NCBI RefSeq assembly: GCF_000341395.1
Contig: NC_020304.1
Coordinates: forward strand, 2,730,001-2,762,000
Direction: 5' to 3'
Length of the DNA: 32,000 nucleotides
Origin: Desulfocapsa sulfexigens DSM 10523
Lineage (GTDB): Bacteria; Desulfobacterota; Desulfobulbia; Desulfobulbales; Desulfocapsaceae
This document shows, piece after piece, positions 9,133 to 20,871 of the stretch. The notes beneath the pieces were generated by a model. The model was not told the origin of the DNA. It did not search any database and was given only the letters and a program-made list of their open reading frames with translations. The number at the start of each line of letters is the position of its first letter. Position 1 is the first letter of the stretch. Both the position numbers and the translations under genes were made by a program.

Positions 9133-10302
9133 ATGAATATTCTATTTGTTCTCTATCACGATTTCAGTACTTCCAGTGCAATACATGTGCATAACTTCGC
9201 GAACCTTTTAGCGAAAAACGGTTGTAACTGTGCGGTGGCAGTACCTGCAAATAAAGAGTCTGTTACGGAGTATTTAGGTGGTGACGTACTTTACCAACCC
9301 TGTACTTTTGCCGAATCCCTTGAGCGATCGGTTGAGCTGTTTAGTGGGGAGGCGATGGATATCATTCATGCCTGGACACCACGGGAAAATGTCAGAAAAC
9401 AGTGTGATCTACTGAAAAAGCGATATCCTGGAAGTAAGCTGATTGTCCATCTTGAGGATAATGAAGAGATGATTGTAGAGTCCTTTGTCGGCCTGCCCTA
9501 CGATCAAATCCGTTCCTTATCCGAAGAGCGTTTACGGTTTCTGTTACCAGATTTGCTGGCATCCCCCTATCATTATCCTCTTTTTTTAGAGCAGGCAGAT
9601 GCGGTGTCAGTTATTACCGATGCATTACTGGATTTTGTTCCCTCCCATAAAGTCTATCACAGATTATGGCCAGCGATAGACTTGCGTCGTTTTAGTCCCG
9701 AGATTGATGGACGAGCCGTAAGAAATCGTCTGGGGTTTTCTGAAGATGATTTTCTCATCTGTTACGTCGGAAGTGTTCATGGGGTCAATGCTCAGGAAGT
9801 CCGAAGTCTGTATCAGGCTGGATTCATGGCAAACGATCTTGGTATACCGGTACGATTGATACGTGCCGGAAGGGATGTAGTGGATTTTCTGGGAGCAGAT
9901 AAAGATGAGTTGCAACGATATGTGACGAATGTAGGCTATGTTGATATGGATGATGTGCCTGGATTAATGGCAGCTGCAGATTTATTGGTGCAACCAGGGG
10001 AAAATGATCGTTTTAACAGGTATCGCCTGCCGTCAAAAATTCCAGAGTTTCTTGCCGTTGGCAAACCTGTTGCTGTTCCTCGCGTAAACATCGGGCTTCA
10101 TTTGCAAGACAGAGAGAACGCTTTTCTCATGGAAACAGGTGATGCCGCTTCAATTGTTGCTGTGATCCGTCTGATCTCTAATGACCGGGAGCTAGGTGAA
10201 AGGATTGGTGCTAACGGCAGGACGTTTGCCGAGCTCAATTTTTCCGAGGATACAGTGTATGGAAAGTTATCTGCCTTTTATGAGTCTGTTTTAGCATTAT
10301 GA
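9133..10302 (+). CDS. Glycosyltransferase family 4-like protein
   Basis: ATG 9133 is preceded by GAGGGGAGAA (the ORF track starts at 9088). MNILFVLYHDFSTSSAIHVHNFANLLAKNG...DDFLICYVGSVHG...MAAADLLVQPG...RLPSKIPEFLAVGKPVAVPRVN. Confidence 0.85.
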   Translation: MNILFVLYHDFSTSSAIHVHNFANLLAKNGCNCAVAVPANKESVTEYLGGDVLYQPCTFAESLERSVELFSGEAMDIIHAWTPRENVRKQCDLLKKRYPGSKLIVHLEDNEEMIVESFVGLPYDQIRSLSEERLRFLLPDLLASPYHYPLFLEQADAVSVITDALLDFVPSHKVYHRLWPAIDLRRFSPEIDGRAVRNRLGFSEDDFLICYVGSVHGVNAQEVRSLYQAGFMANDLGIPVRLIRAGRDVVDFLGADKDELQRYVTNVGYVDMDDVPGLMAAADLLVQPGENDRFNRYRLPSKIPEFLAVGKPVAVPRVNIGLHLQDRENAFLMETGDAASIVAVIRLISNDRELGERIGANGRTFAELNFSEDTVYGKLSAFYESVLAL

Positions 10303-12362
10303 TACAGAGACTGAAGAAAAATATTAAATCCATCTGGTATTATTTTTCCTGCAGCAACTACAGGAGAGTAAAAAACTCCCGGCTTTTTGATGCTGACTGG
10401 TATCGTGATAGAATTCCAGGGTTACAAACGAATTCCCAGGATCCACTTATTCATTATATAGACTTTGGTGTTCAGGAAGGAAAAAGCCCTTCACCTCTTT
10501 TTGATCCGATTTTTTATAAAAAAACCTATGGCCCAGACCCATCTCATGACCCTTTTGATCATTATCTCAGAGAGGGGATACGTATAAACCATAGCCCCTG
10601 CCCATGGTTTGATCCTGAATTTTATCAGCAGCACTATTCTCTTCCCGAAGGGAATAAGGTGTCACCGTTAAAACATTATCTGACTGAAGGACTGCGACGA
10701 AAGTTTTATCCCAATTCCGATGTGTATGAATTAGCTGAAAAGCCTGTCATCTCCATCATCGTCCCTGTGTATAATGTTTCTGCCCTTCATTTAAACAACT
10801 GCATACGATCCGTTTTGTATCAATCCTATCCACATTGGGAAATCTGTCTGGTTGACGATTGTAGCACCAATAAGGATGTCCGTCTGTTACTTGAAAAGTG
10901 GGCCACAAAGGATGGCAGGATAAAAATTGATTTTCTTGATAAAAACCAGGGAATCTCCGGGGCCACAAATGCTGCAGTGTTCCTTGCAAAGGGGAAGTAT
11001 CTCGGGTTTCTGGATAACGACGATGAACTTGCTGAGGAATGCCTGTTTCGACTTGTTGAGACAATAAACAGTGAAGCGGCGGAATTGTATTACAGTGATG
11101 AAGATCTCATTGGTGAGGATGGGAGTCAGTTCAGTGTTTTTAATAAACCTGACTTTAATGAGGAATTGCTTCTCTCCCATAATTATGTGACCCACTTCGT
11201 TGTAACTGAAAAGAAACTGTATGAAAGGGTGGGTGGGCTTGACAATAAATTTGACGGGGCCCAGGACTTTGACCTTTTCCTGAAACTTTCTGAAAAGGCA
11301 GAGAAGGTCGTCCATATCCCTGAAATTCTCTATCACTGGAGGGCTTCTGATTCATCCACGTCTATTAATCATGATCAAAAACAGTATGCCAATGAAGCCG
11401 GAAGACGGGCCGTGGCCGGCGCTTTAGCCAGACGGCAAATCACTGCAGATGTTCTATTGACTGACTGGAAGTTTTTTTACCGCATAAAAAAAGAACGTTT
11501 GGAGTCACCTCCAGTCTCGGTCATTATCCTATATAATGGAAATGAGGATTTTACGACGTGGCTGTCTGAACTATTGTCCCTTACAACCTATTTGGATACA
11601 GAATTTATTGTTGTTGTTTACAGTGAAGAGGACCTTGGTCGTTTCAGTATGTTATATGGAAAGTCTTCCCATAATATCAAGTTCCTGCTGAGTACAGATA
11701 AAGATCCGGTTGCCACTCGTTATAACGAGGCTGTGCGTAAGAGTTCCGGGCAGTACCTCGTTTTTCTTAATCCCTGCATACAACTTCAAACGGTTGACTG
11801 GGTAGAGGCCATGCTTGAATACGCCATGGTGAAGAACAGTGGAGTTGTAGGAGGCAGAGTTTTGCCGTATCAGAATAATGACCTTGTTGCCACTATTCCT
11901 GATATTGGGGAGCAGTCTGATTTGTACTATTCACGGTTTCTACAGCGTTGTTCGCAGCATATGAATGGACTACAGTGTGTTCAGAATGTGATCATGCTCT
12001 CCTGGGATCTGGCCATGGTTAAGCGAACCAGCTTCCTTGAGTTGGATGGATTTGCTCAGGAGTCTCTTGGAAATCTCTTTGCAGACAGCGATCTCTGTCT
12101 TCGCATGCGATCTCATGGCTACGTCAACATCTACACCCCCTTTGCCCTTGGCCAATGGCTCAGGCCCGAGGAAAATCTCCCTCTTCCGGCAAAATCCGTA
12201 ACGAGTGCGGAAAAAAGATTCTTTCAAAGGCAGTGGCAGGAAACACTGGGAATGGGTGATCCCTATTATAACCAGGGAGTATTGGCTCAAAATGGCATTG
12301 AGCCGGATACATTTATGAAATGGTATACCGGCGGACACTCACTTACTAAGGAAACCTTGTAG
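10299..12362 (+). CDS. Multidomain protein: three LFD-type repeats, GT2 glycosyltransferase domain, and a second degenerate GT2-like domain
   Basis: LFDADWY..., LFDPIFY..., WFDPEFY... repeats are followed by PVISIIVPVYNVSALHLNNCIRSVLYQSY...GKYLGFLDNDDELAEE and then PPVSVIILYNG...SSGQYLVFLNPCIQL. It overlaps the previous gene by 4 nt. Confidence 0.9.
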   Translation: MIQRLKKNIKSIWYYFSCSNYRRVKNSRLFDADWYRDRIPGLQTNSQDPLIHYIDFGVQEGKSPSPLFDPIFYKKTYGPDPSHDPFDHYLREGIRINHSPCPWFDPEFYQQHYSLPEGNKVSPLKHYLTEGLRRKFYPNSDVYELAEKPVISIIVPVYNVSALHLNNCIRSVLYQSYPHWEICLVDDCSTNKDVRLLLEKWATKDGRIKIDFLDKNQGISGATNAAVFLAKGKYLGFLDNDDELAEECLFRLVETINSEAAELYYSDEDLIGEDGSQFSVFNKPDFNEELLLSHNYVTHFVVTEKKLYERVGGLDNKFDGAQDFDLFLKLSEKAEKVVHIPEILYHWRASDSSTSINHDQKQYANEAGRRAVAGALARRQITADVLLTDWKFFYRIKKERLESPPVSVIILYNGNEDFTTWLSELLSLTTYLDTEFIVVVYSEEDLGRFSMLYGKSSHNIKFLLSTDKDPVATRYNEAVRKSSGQYLVFLNPCIQLQTVDWVEAMLEYAMVKNSGVVGGRVLPYQNNDLVATIPDIGEQSDLYYSRFLQRCSQHMNGLQCVQNVIMLSWDLAMVKRTSFLELDGFAQESLGNLFADSDLCLRMRSHGYVNIYTPFALGQWLRPEENLPLPAKSVTSAEKRFFQRQWQETLGMGDPYYNQGVLAQNGIEPDTFMKWYTGGHSLTKETL

Positions 12363-12436
12363 ATTTACCTTCTGTGCAGTATGTTGTCTTGGGTCATTAT
12401 TCAGGCCCATTACTCATTTAACTCCATTGGTTTAGT

Positions 12437-15396
<2,960 letters not shown>

Positions 15397-15407
15397 GAGT
15401 AAGGATC

Positions 15408-15650
15408 ATGTCTAAGAAGATTATGAGTACCAGGTTTGATCTCAGCACCAGTTCAATGTTTCGAGTACTGCACCACTATACTCTTAGCCGGTTTGTCCCA
15501 ATGGGAGTTTATCGTGGTGGTCCCGGGTTGAAATGCATACTGGTTCTCATCGCCACAATTGTTGTAGGGAGACCCCTGTATTACTTGAGTCTCAGATTTG
15601 AACGGCCCACTGCCTTTTTACGCTATCTGAAAAACAAATTTCACCTGTAA
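15408..15650 (+). CDS. Hypothetical small protein (80 aa) with one predicted membrane segment
   Basis: ORF between two larger genes on the same strand, with AAGGATC upstream of ATG. Hydrophobic stretch LKCILVLIATIVVGRPLYYL. Confidence 0.4.
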   Translation: MSKKIMSTRFDLSTSSMFRVLHHYTLSRFVPMGVYRGGPGLKCILVLIATIVVGRPLYYLSLRFERPTAFLRYLKNKFHL

Positions 15651-15725
15651 ACCGTATTCTTGGTGAATATTGCATGCAGTTAATCGGCAACCTGCCTCCA
15701 TGGTTTTAAACAGAGAGTGATAAAC

Positions 15726-17585
15726 ATGAATACTATATTGAAGAAATGGAAGTTTCCAATTTTTCTAGGGGTATTGCTTTCTGTTTTGTACGTTCAGTTG
15801 TTTGAGAACAGAGCCTTTGTGGAACTGGATATTACGGTAACGGAACCCACACTGTTTAAGATCTACTGGGCAGAAAAAGGACAGTTTTACAGTGAAGATA
15901 ATATGGTTCGGGTAAAGGTGAACCCGGAACAACACCAGTATGGTTTTTATCTGACCGATATTGGCAAAGAGGCGATAAGACTCCGTATAGATCCCCAGCA
16001 GTATGTGGGACTCTCCACCATAAAGAAGATTGATTTTCAACAGACGGGCTATGCTCTTTTATCTGTTTCCTCCAGGGAGGATTTCGCCGGGCTGCAGCCA
16101 ATCTTTGATATTCAGGCAGCAAACATAACAGAGGATGGGTTGGAAACTGATTCAACTGGTGTGGATCCACAATTTGAATATTTTCCGGTACTGGAGTCGG
16201 CTGAATATTTCTCTGTTCTGTTAGTGCTTCGAATTGCTTCCATCTTTCTTCTACTGTTTTTGTTTTTTTCCTTAACTGAATCCTATCGGGAAGAAGATAG
16301 GTTTTTTCCGCTTCTGTTTGCCATAGTCCTTGCCCTCGTCGTTGCCATGGCAATGTTGACAAGACGAAACATTCATCCCGACGAATATGTACACCTGGAT
16401 GCGGCCAAGTACTACAGCAGCAATTGGATTCCACCCGATGTGACAGATCCGCAGATTGCCCATACCTACAGTGTTTACGGGGTATCCCGTCTGAATGGCC
16501 CGGAAGTTGCCTATTTCCTGAATGGGAAATTTTCAGAACTTATTTCTGTGTTTCCTCTGCCCGACTATTTGACTTTACGAATATTTAACCTGCTCCTCTT
16601 TACTTTGCTGTTGCTATATATTCTGAAAATTAAAGGAAAGAGGTATGTCGCAGCACCGCTGCTGATATCTCCGCAAATCTGGTATGTCTTCAGTTATTGC
16701 AACTCCGATGCCTTTGCATTGCTCCTTACTTTTTTTATAGCATGCCAGCTGGCGATTCCTGCCTCAATGCTCAACCTGTATCTTTTGGACAGGGAAAAGA
16801 AGAAAAAATTTGTCACTGCTCTTTTTCTGGTATTCGTTTTTGCGGCAATGTTTTTGTTAAAGAAGAACTATTGGTTCTTTATCGCCTTTGCAGCCGCGTA
16901 CTTTCTCTGGCGACTTGTCTTTATAGTCAGTGCAGAAGACCGAAAACAGGTTGTCAGGAAAATGACCATACTCATCCTGTTTGCTTTGAGTGTGACGGGA
17001 CTGAGAGTAGCAGGAGACTATGCAGTGAACGGATGGGATCGGAGTGAAAAACTGTCACAGATCCGTGAGCAGCTGGCTCATCCGTTTTATAAACCGTCCA
17101 CTCCACTTGAAGAAAAACATCCCTTTTTATACAGGAAGGCACGTGGTGCTTCTTTGAAAGAGATTGTAGTTGTTGATAGATGGTTTGAAAGAAGTTATCA
17201 AAGTGCTTTTGGTATTTATGGATATTTTACCGCCACTGCAGATGACACCTATTATGATCTGATGAGGCCTCTTGCTGTGGTATTTTTTATGGCGCTTCTT
17301 CTTTCGGTTCTTTTTCGTGGAGGCCTGAGTGGAAATATTCTGATGTTCCTCTTTCTTGGTTGTTCCGGAGCAGTTATAGCGGCTTCCCTCTACCACTCGT
17401 GGACTGCAGACTTTCAACCACAGGGAAGGTATCTCTTACCGATGATACCGGCACTTTGTATTGTTCTGTATCATTCGAGAAATCTTATGCAGAACGTATT
17501 GTTCAGAATATGTCTAATGGGTATGTTTTTGTTATCCACCTACTCTTTTCTTTTTGTTGGAATGATGCAACTCACTAAAATGTAG
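15726..17585 (+). CDS. Polytopic membrane protein, DUF2142/GT39-like, with N-terminal extracytoplasmic RIDP-type module
   Basis: N-terminal TM, then FKIYWAEKGQFYSEDN...LRIDPQQY...DPQFEYF, then multiple TM segments and RRNIHPDEYVHLDAAKYY. The ORF track starts at GTG 15717; ATG 15726 is plausible. Confidence 0.65.
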   Translation: MNTILKKWKFPIFLGVLLSVLYVQLFENRAFVELDITVTEPTLFKIYWAEKGQFYSEDNMVRVKVNPEQHQYGFYLTDIGKEAIRLRIDPQQYVGLSTIKKIDFQQTGYALLSVSSREDFAGLQPIFDIQAANITEDGLETDSTGVDPQFEYFPVLESAEYFSVLLVLRIASIFLLLFLFFSLTESYREEDRFFPLLFAIVLALVVAMAMLTRRNIHPDEYVHLDAAKYYSSNWIPPDVTDPQIAHTYSVYGVSRLNGPEVAYFLNGKFSELISVFPLPDYLTLRIFNLLLFTLLLLYILKIKGKRYVAAPLLISPQIWYVFSYCNSDAFALLLTFFIACQLAIPASMLNLYLLDREKKKKFVTALFLVFVFAAMFLLKKNYWFFIAFAAAYFLWRLVFIVSAEDRKQVVRKMTILILFALSVTGLRVAGDYAVNGWDRSEKLSQIREQLAHPFYKPSTPLEEKHPFLYRKARGASLKEIVVVDRWFERSYQSAFGIYGYFTATADDTYYDLMRPLAVVFFMALLLSVLFRGGLSGNILMFLFLGCSGAVIAASLYHSWTADFQPQGRYLLPMIPALCIVLYHSRNLMQNVLFRICLMGMFLLSTYSFLFVGMMQLTKM

Positions 17586-17654
17586 GATGTATAGAATGAT
17601 CTTTCCAGGGAAAAACGCATCTTTTTGCAGCAGGAATACATGGGGTTATAGCCT

Positions 17655-19274
17655 GTGAAACTGATTCCACTGCTAATGGCATTATCAGTTGCTCTGCTTG
17701 CCTGCTTTGTTCTTCCCAGTGGTATGGCGAAGGTTTCTGCTATCTCTTTAATCGTTTCGTCTGACAGTCAGGATTCGGTACAAATATTTCTTGATGGTTC
17801 CTATAGGAAGCCCTCTTTTATAGAGAGTAACGCCTCAGAGTTGCAGAAGATGCCGGTGAAAGATGCAGGGAAGGTTCTTTTTCGGTTTTCTGCCACGCCT
17901 TCAACTACCTGGATTCGTATTGATCCTGGAGAAAATCCCGGCGTCACTCGTATCTACGGAATGGTTGTTCAGCAGGCACTTGGACGAAAAGTACAGTATA
18001 GCAGTGATGATATATTCAAGGGCTTTCAGCCAGGCAGAAATGGGGTCACCATAAGTCCTGGAAAGGATTATGTTGAGATTGTCTCCACCGTGGCAGATCC
18101 ATCCATTGTCTCAGTCCCGGGGTTCATTACTGCACCCAGACCTGTTTTTTTCTATCTGCCCGTTATAATCCTCTCATTTTTTCTCTATGTTTTTCTGGCA
18201 CAGTTGAAACCAGAAACTATTCGTACCATTTTCCTTCCTCAGAGAGAACTTCGTCCCGGAGTTGCCATGATTTCACCTCTTGATGGTTTGCGCGGTATTG
18301 CCGCCATGCTGGTTGTCGCAGATCACACCTGGTCATGGTTTCTTGGTGCCGGTGCAAGTGGAGTCTTGATTTTTTTTGTTTTAAGCGGATTTCTGCTGAG
18401 CAGGCCTTTTGTTGTAAATCCGGGAAAATATCAAAATCCGGGGAGTCTGCTTGTCTATGGAGTAAGACGGTTGCAGCGAATTGTACCCATGTACTATTTG
18501 TACCTCTTTCTTACCTTTGGGATGACCTTACGTCTGCATGAATTGTTCATGCATCTCTTTTTTATTGAAGCTGCGGGCCATTTATGGGCAATTCCTCAGG
18601 AGATGGCCTTTTATATCGTATTTCCTCTTCTCGCCCTGTTTAACTTTTTTGTCCTGCGAAGCCGGCTGGTCCTGATCATTCCCGGTTTATTACTGATGAT
18701 TTTTCTCTGGCATTCGTTTGCGACCATTAAATATATTTATTTATTCGGGATGATGAATGCAAAAATTCCATTTCGTCTCGATGCTTTTTTGATAGGTGTG
18801 TTGTGTGCATACCTCTATTTCGGTCTCTGGCAAAAAAACGAACTGACAATGCCATCTGTGCTGAAAAAAGGTTTTATTGTGGTCGGTTGTATTTTACTGG
18901 CAGTCTTTATCGCATTGTCAAATGGATATTTGCTGCATAATGGTCTCATTTATGCTCAAATCTATTATTTATACTACGCAATCTGCGCCGGTTTTTTGAT
19001 CCTCATACTCTGTAGTTCCGGAGAGAATTTTCTTACTAAAATCCTGTCCAGTCGCCTGCTCTCATCTCTGGGAGTTGTGAGTTACAGCCTCTATCTCTTC
19101 CATCCACTGGTTATTCCTTTAGTGAAGCGGGCCGGGGGAGGGACTTTGAACTCAATTCCGGGCGTGCGATTTGTACTGGTGCTGTTTATAGGCTATATTG
19201 TGGCCTGCCTTTTGTATCATTTTATAGAACGCCCTATTTTGGGCTATGGAATAAAGAAAAACATTCGTGAGTAG
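17655..19274 (+). CDS. Acyltransferase 3 family (OafA/YrhL-like) membrane protein with N-terminal extracytoplasmic module
   Basis: Signal-like N-terminus, RIDP module, then MISPLDGLRGIAAMLVVADHTWSW...GVLIFFVLSGFLLSRPF, with C-terminal VVSYSLYLFHPLVIP...FIERP. Confidence 0.85.
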   Translation: MKLIPLLMALSVALLACFVLPSGMAKVSAISLIVSSDSQDSVQIFLDGSYRKPSFIESNASELQKMPVKDAGKVLFRFSATPSTTWIRIDPGENPGVTRIYGMVVQQALGRKVQYSSDDIFKGFQPGRNGVTISPGKDYVEIVSTVADPSIVSVPGFITAPRPVFFYLPVIILSFFLYVFLAQLKPETIRTIFLPQRELRPGVAMISPLDGLRGIAAMLVVADHTWSWFLGAGASGVLIFFVLSGFLLSRPFVVNPGKYQNPGSLLVYGVRRLQRIVPMYYLYLFLTFGMTLRLHELFMHLFFIEAAGHLWAIPQEMAFYIVFPLLALFNFFVLRSRLVLIIPGLLLMIFLWHSFATIKYIYLFGMMNAKIPFRLDAFLIGVLCAYLYFGLWQKNELTMPSVLKKGFIVVGCILLAVFIALSNGYLLHNGLIYAQIYYLYYAICAGFLILILCSSGENFLTKILSSRLLSSLGVVSYSLYLFHPLVIPLVKRAGGGTLNSIPGVRFVLVLFIGYIVACLLYHFIERPILGYGIKKNIRE

Positions 19275-19339
19275 TTTCGGGCAGGAATTTTTTTGCCACG
19301 ATGTTTGATAAATAAATGAGTCGAATTCGGGAGTGATGA

Positions 19340-20413
19340 ATGAGTTTTAGTAAAGGTCCGGAAAGAGGAATACTCTTTAAGGTCACAGTAATAATAGTGT
19401 TTTTGTTTTTGTTTTTGCTTTGTCTTTTGTTCGGTGCTGAACTTTTTGTTCGTTTTTTTTATCGTGACGTGCTCTCCACTGCAGATGGAACTTCCTATTT
19501 TTCCCTGAAAAACCAGAGATTGTTTGAAAAAGAAAAGAACGGTTTTAATTTACGGGGAAAACAGTTCAGGCAAACTCCTGACGATCGCTACAGACTTGTG
19601 ATTCTAGGAGATTCCTTTACATGGGGCCAGGGTGTTTATCCGGTAGAGAAACGCTATACCGAACAGATTGATGTAGCACTCAATAAACAACAGAAAGAAA
19701 ACGAAATTGAAGTTGTCAATGTCGGCATCTGCGGATTTAACCTTCCTAATCATTATAAGTTTCTTCATTTTATTGATGCAATTCAGCCCGATTATGTGTT
19801 GTACCAATGGTATATTAATGATATGTCAATCCGACCCGACGCCGGTCAGTACAAATCATCCCATCTGATCACAAATCGAAAAGTGCATACCTGGCTATGG
19901 AAGCATTCAGCCCTCTATTATCTTTTGCAGAGAGGGTATGGAAGCCTGCAAAGGAAACAGGGGGAAAAGAAGACTTATGAGCAGTACATGTTTGATACTC
20001 AAAAGGATCCAACAGGTGAATCTGTAGTAGCTGCACGGAAATTGCTTGAGAAATATATAGATCATTATAAAAGTACCGATACTGATTTTGGTATGGTTCT
20101 GTTTCCAAGTTTTGCCGGGCCTATGAATAATTATAACTTAGATTTTCTTCACGAACAGGTACTCGATGTTTGTAAGGAAAAGAAAATAGAATGCCTGGAC
20201 TTACGTGATGCCTATCGTGATGTCGAGGATAATACGGCATTATGGGCAAATGTTTTTGATCCCCATCCTGGAGTGTTGGCACATAAGATAGCTGCAGAGG
20301 CAATCTATGATTTTTTTGGTGCCGACTGGGAAGAGGCGGCACAGAAAGTTAGCGTTCACAGGGATCTTCATAGTCAAAAAAATAATGATAAAGCTCAAGC
20401 GGAGATGAAGTAA
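19340..20413 (+). CDS. Membrane-anchored SGNH/GDSL-type hydrolase-like protein
   Basis: N-terminal TM, RLVILGDSFTWGQGVYPVEKRY (GDS block), NVGICGFNLPNHY, and VFDPHPGVLAHKIAAEAI (DxxH block). Confidence 0.8.
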   Translation: MSFSKGPERGILFKVTVIIVFLFLFLLCLLFGAELFVRFFYRDVLSTADGTSYFSLKNQRLFEKEKNGFNLRGKQFRQTPDDRYRLVILGDSFTWGQGVYPVEKRYTEQIDVALNKQQKENEIEVVNVGICGFNLPNHYKFLHFIDAIQPDYVLYQWYINDMSIRPDAGQYKSSHLITNRKVHTWLWKHSALYYLLQRGYGSLQRKQGEKKTYEQYMFDTQKDPTGESVVAARKLLEKYIDHYKSTDTDFGMVLFPSFAGPMNNYNLDFLHEQVLDVCKEKKIECLDLRDAYRDVEDNTALWANVFDPHPGVLAHKIAAEAIYDFFGADWEEAAQKVSVHRDLHSQKNNDKAQAEMK

Positions 20414-20871
20414 TGAGTGTTCCCTATACACAAAATAAGGTGTCTCAAGCAATCTGGTCATGGCAGTCTGATCGATCTGGAAAACAACAAGCAAAAGCTT
20501 CCCTCGGCATTGCCATTGGAGCTCTGTTGGTAGGATGCACTGTCGCTTCATTGTTGTTCTTCTACAACCATTTGATAATGGCTTCAATTGTCTTTAGCGT
20601 TTCCGCTTTGGTATTTCTTTCTTCTCAATTTTTTCCGGCTGTTTATTCCGTAATTGAAAAGATTTTTCAAAAGTTTGCTCTTATTATCGGTACAGGCCTG
20701 ACGTGGGTTTTTCTCCTGCCTTTTTTCTTTATCTGTTTTCCAATGGGTAGAATAGTGCAAAAAATTAAAGGAAAGGATCCCATGCAGCGAGATTTTAAAA
20801 GAGACGCTACGTCCTATTGGCAGACATCCAGGAAAACACCCTCGGTTGATGAGTATAAGAGGCAATTTTGA
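20413..20871 (+). CDS. SxtJ-like small membrane protein
   Basis: 152 aa, two hydrophobic hairpin regions, C-terminal DPMQRDFKRDATSYWQTSRKTPSVDEYKRQF. It is immediately upstream of the carbamoyltransferase (TGATG overlap). Confidence 0.7.
   Translation: MSVPYTQNKVSQAIWSWQSDRSGKQQAKASLGIAIGALLVGCTVASLLFFYNHLIMASIVFSVSALVFLSSQFFPAVYSVIEKIFQKFALIIGTGLTWVFLLPFFFICFPMGRIVQKIKGKDPMQRDFKRDATSYWQTSRKTPSVDEYKRQF

Noticed and set aside
15856-16434. 192-aa minus-strand ORF
   Set aside because: It lies entirely inside the DUF2142-like gene; the product resembles an antisense shadow, while the + strand frame has coherent TM and module structure.
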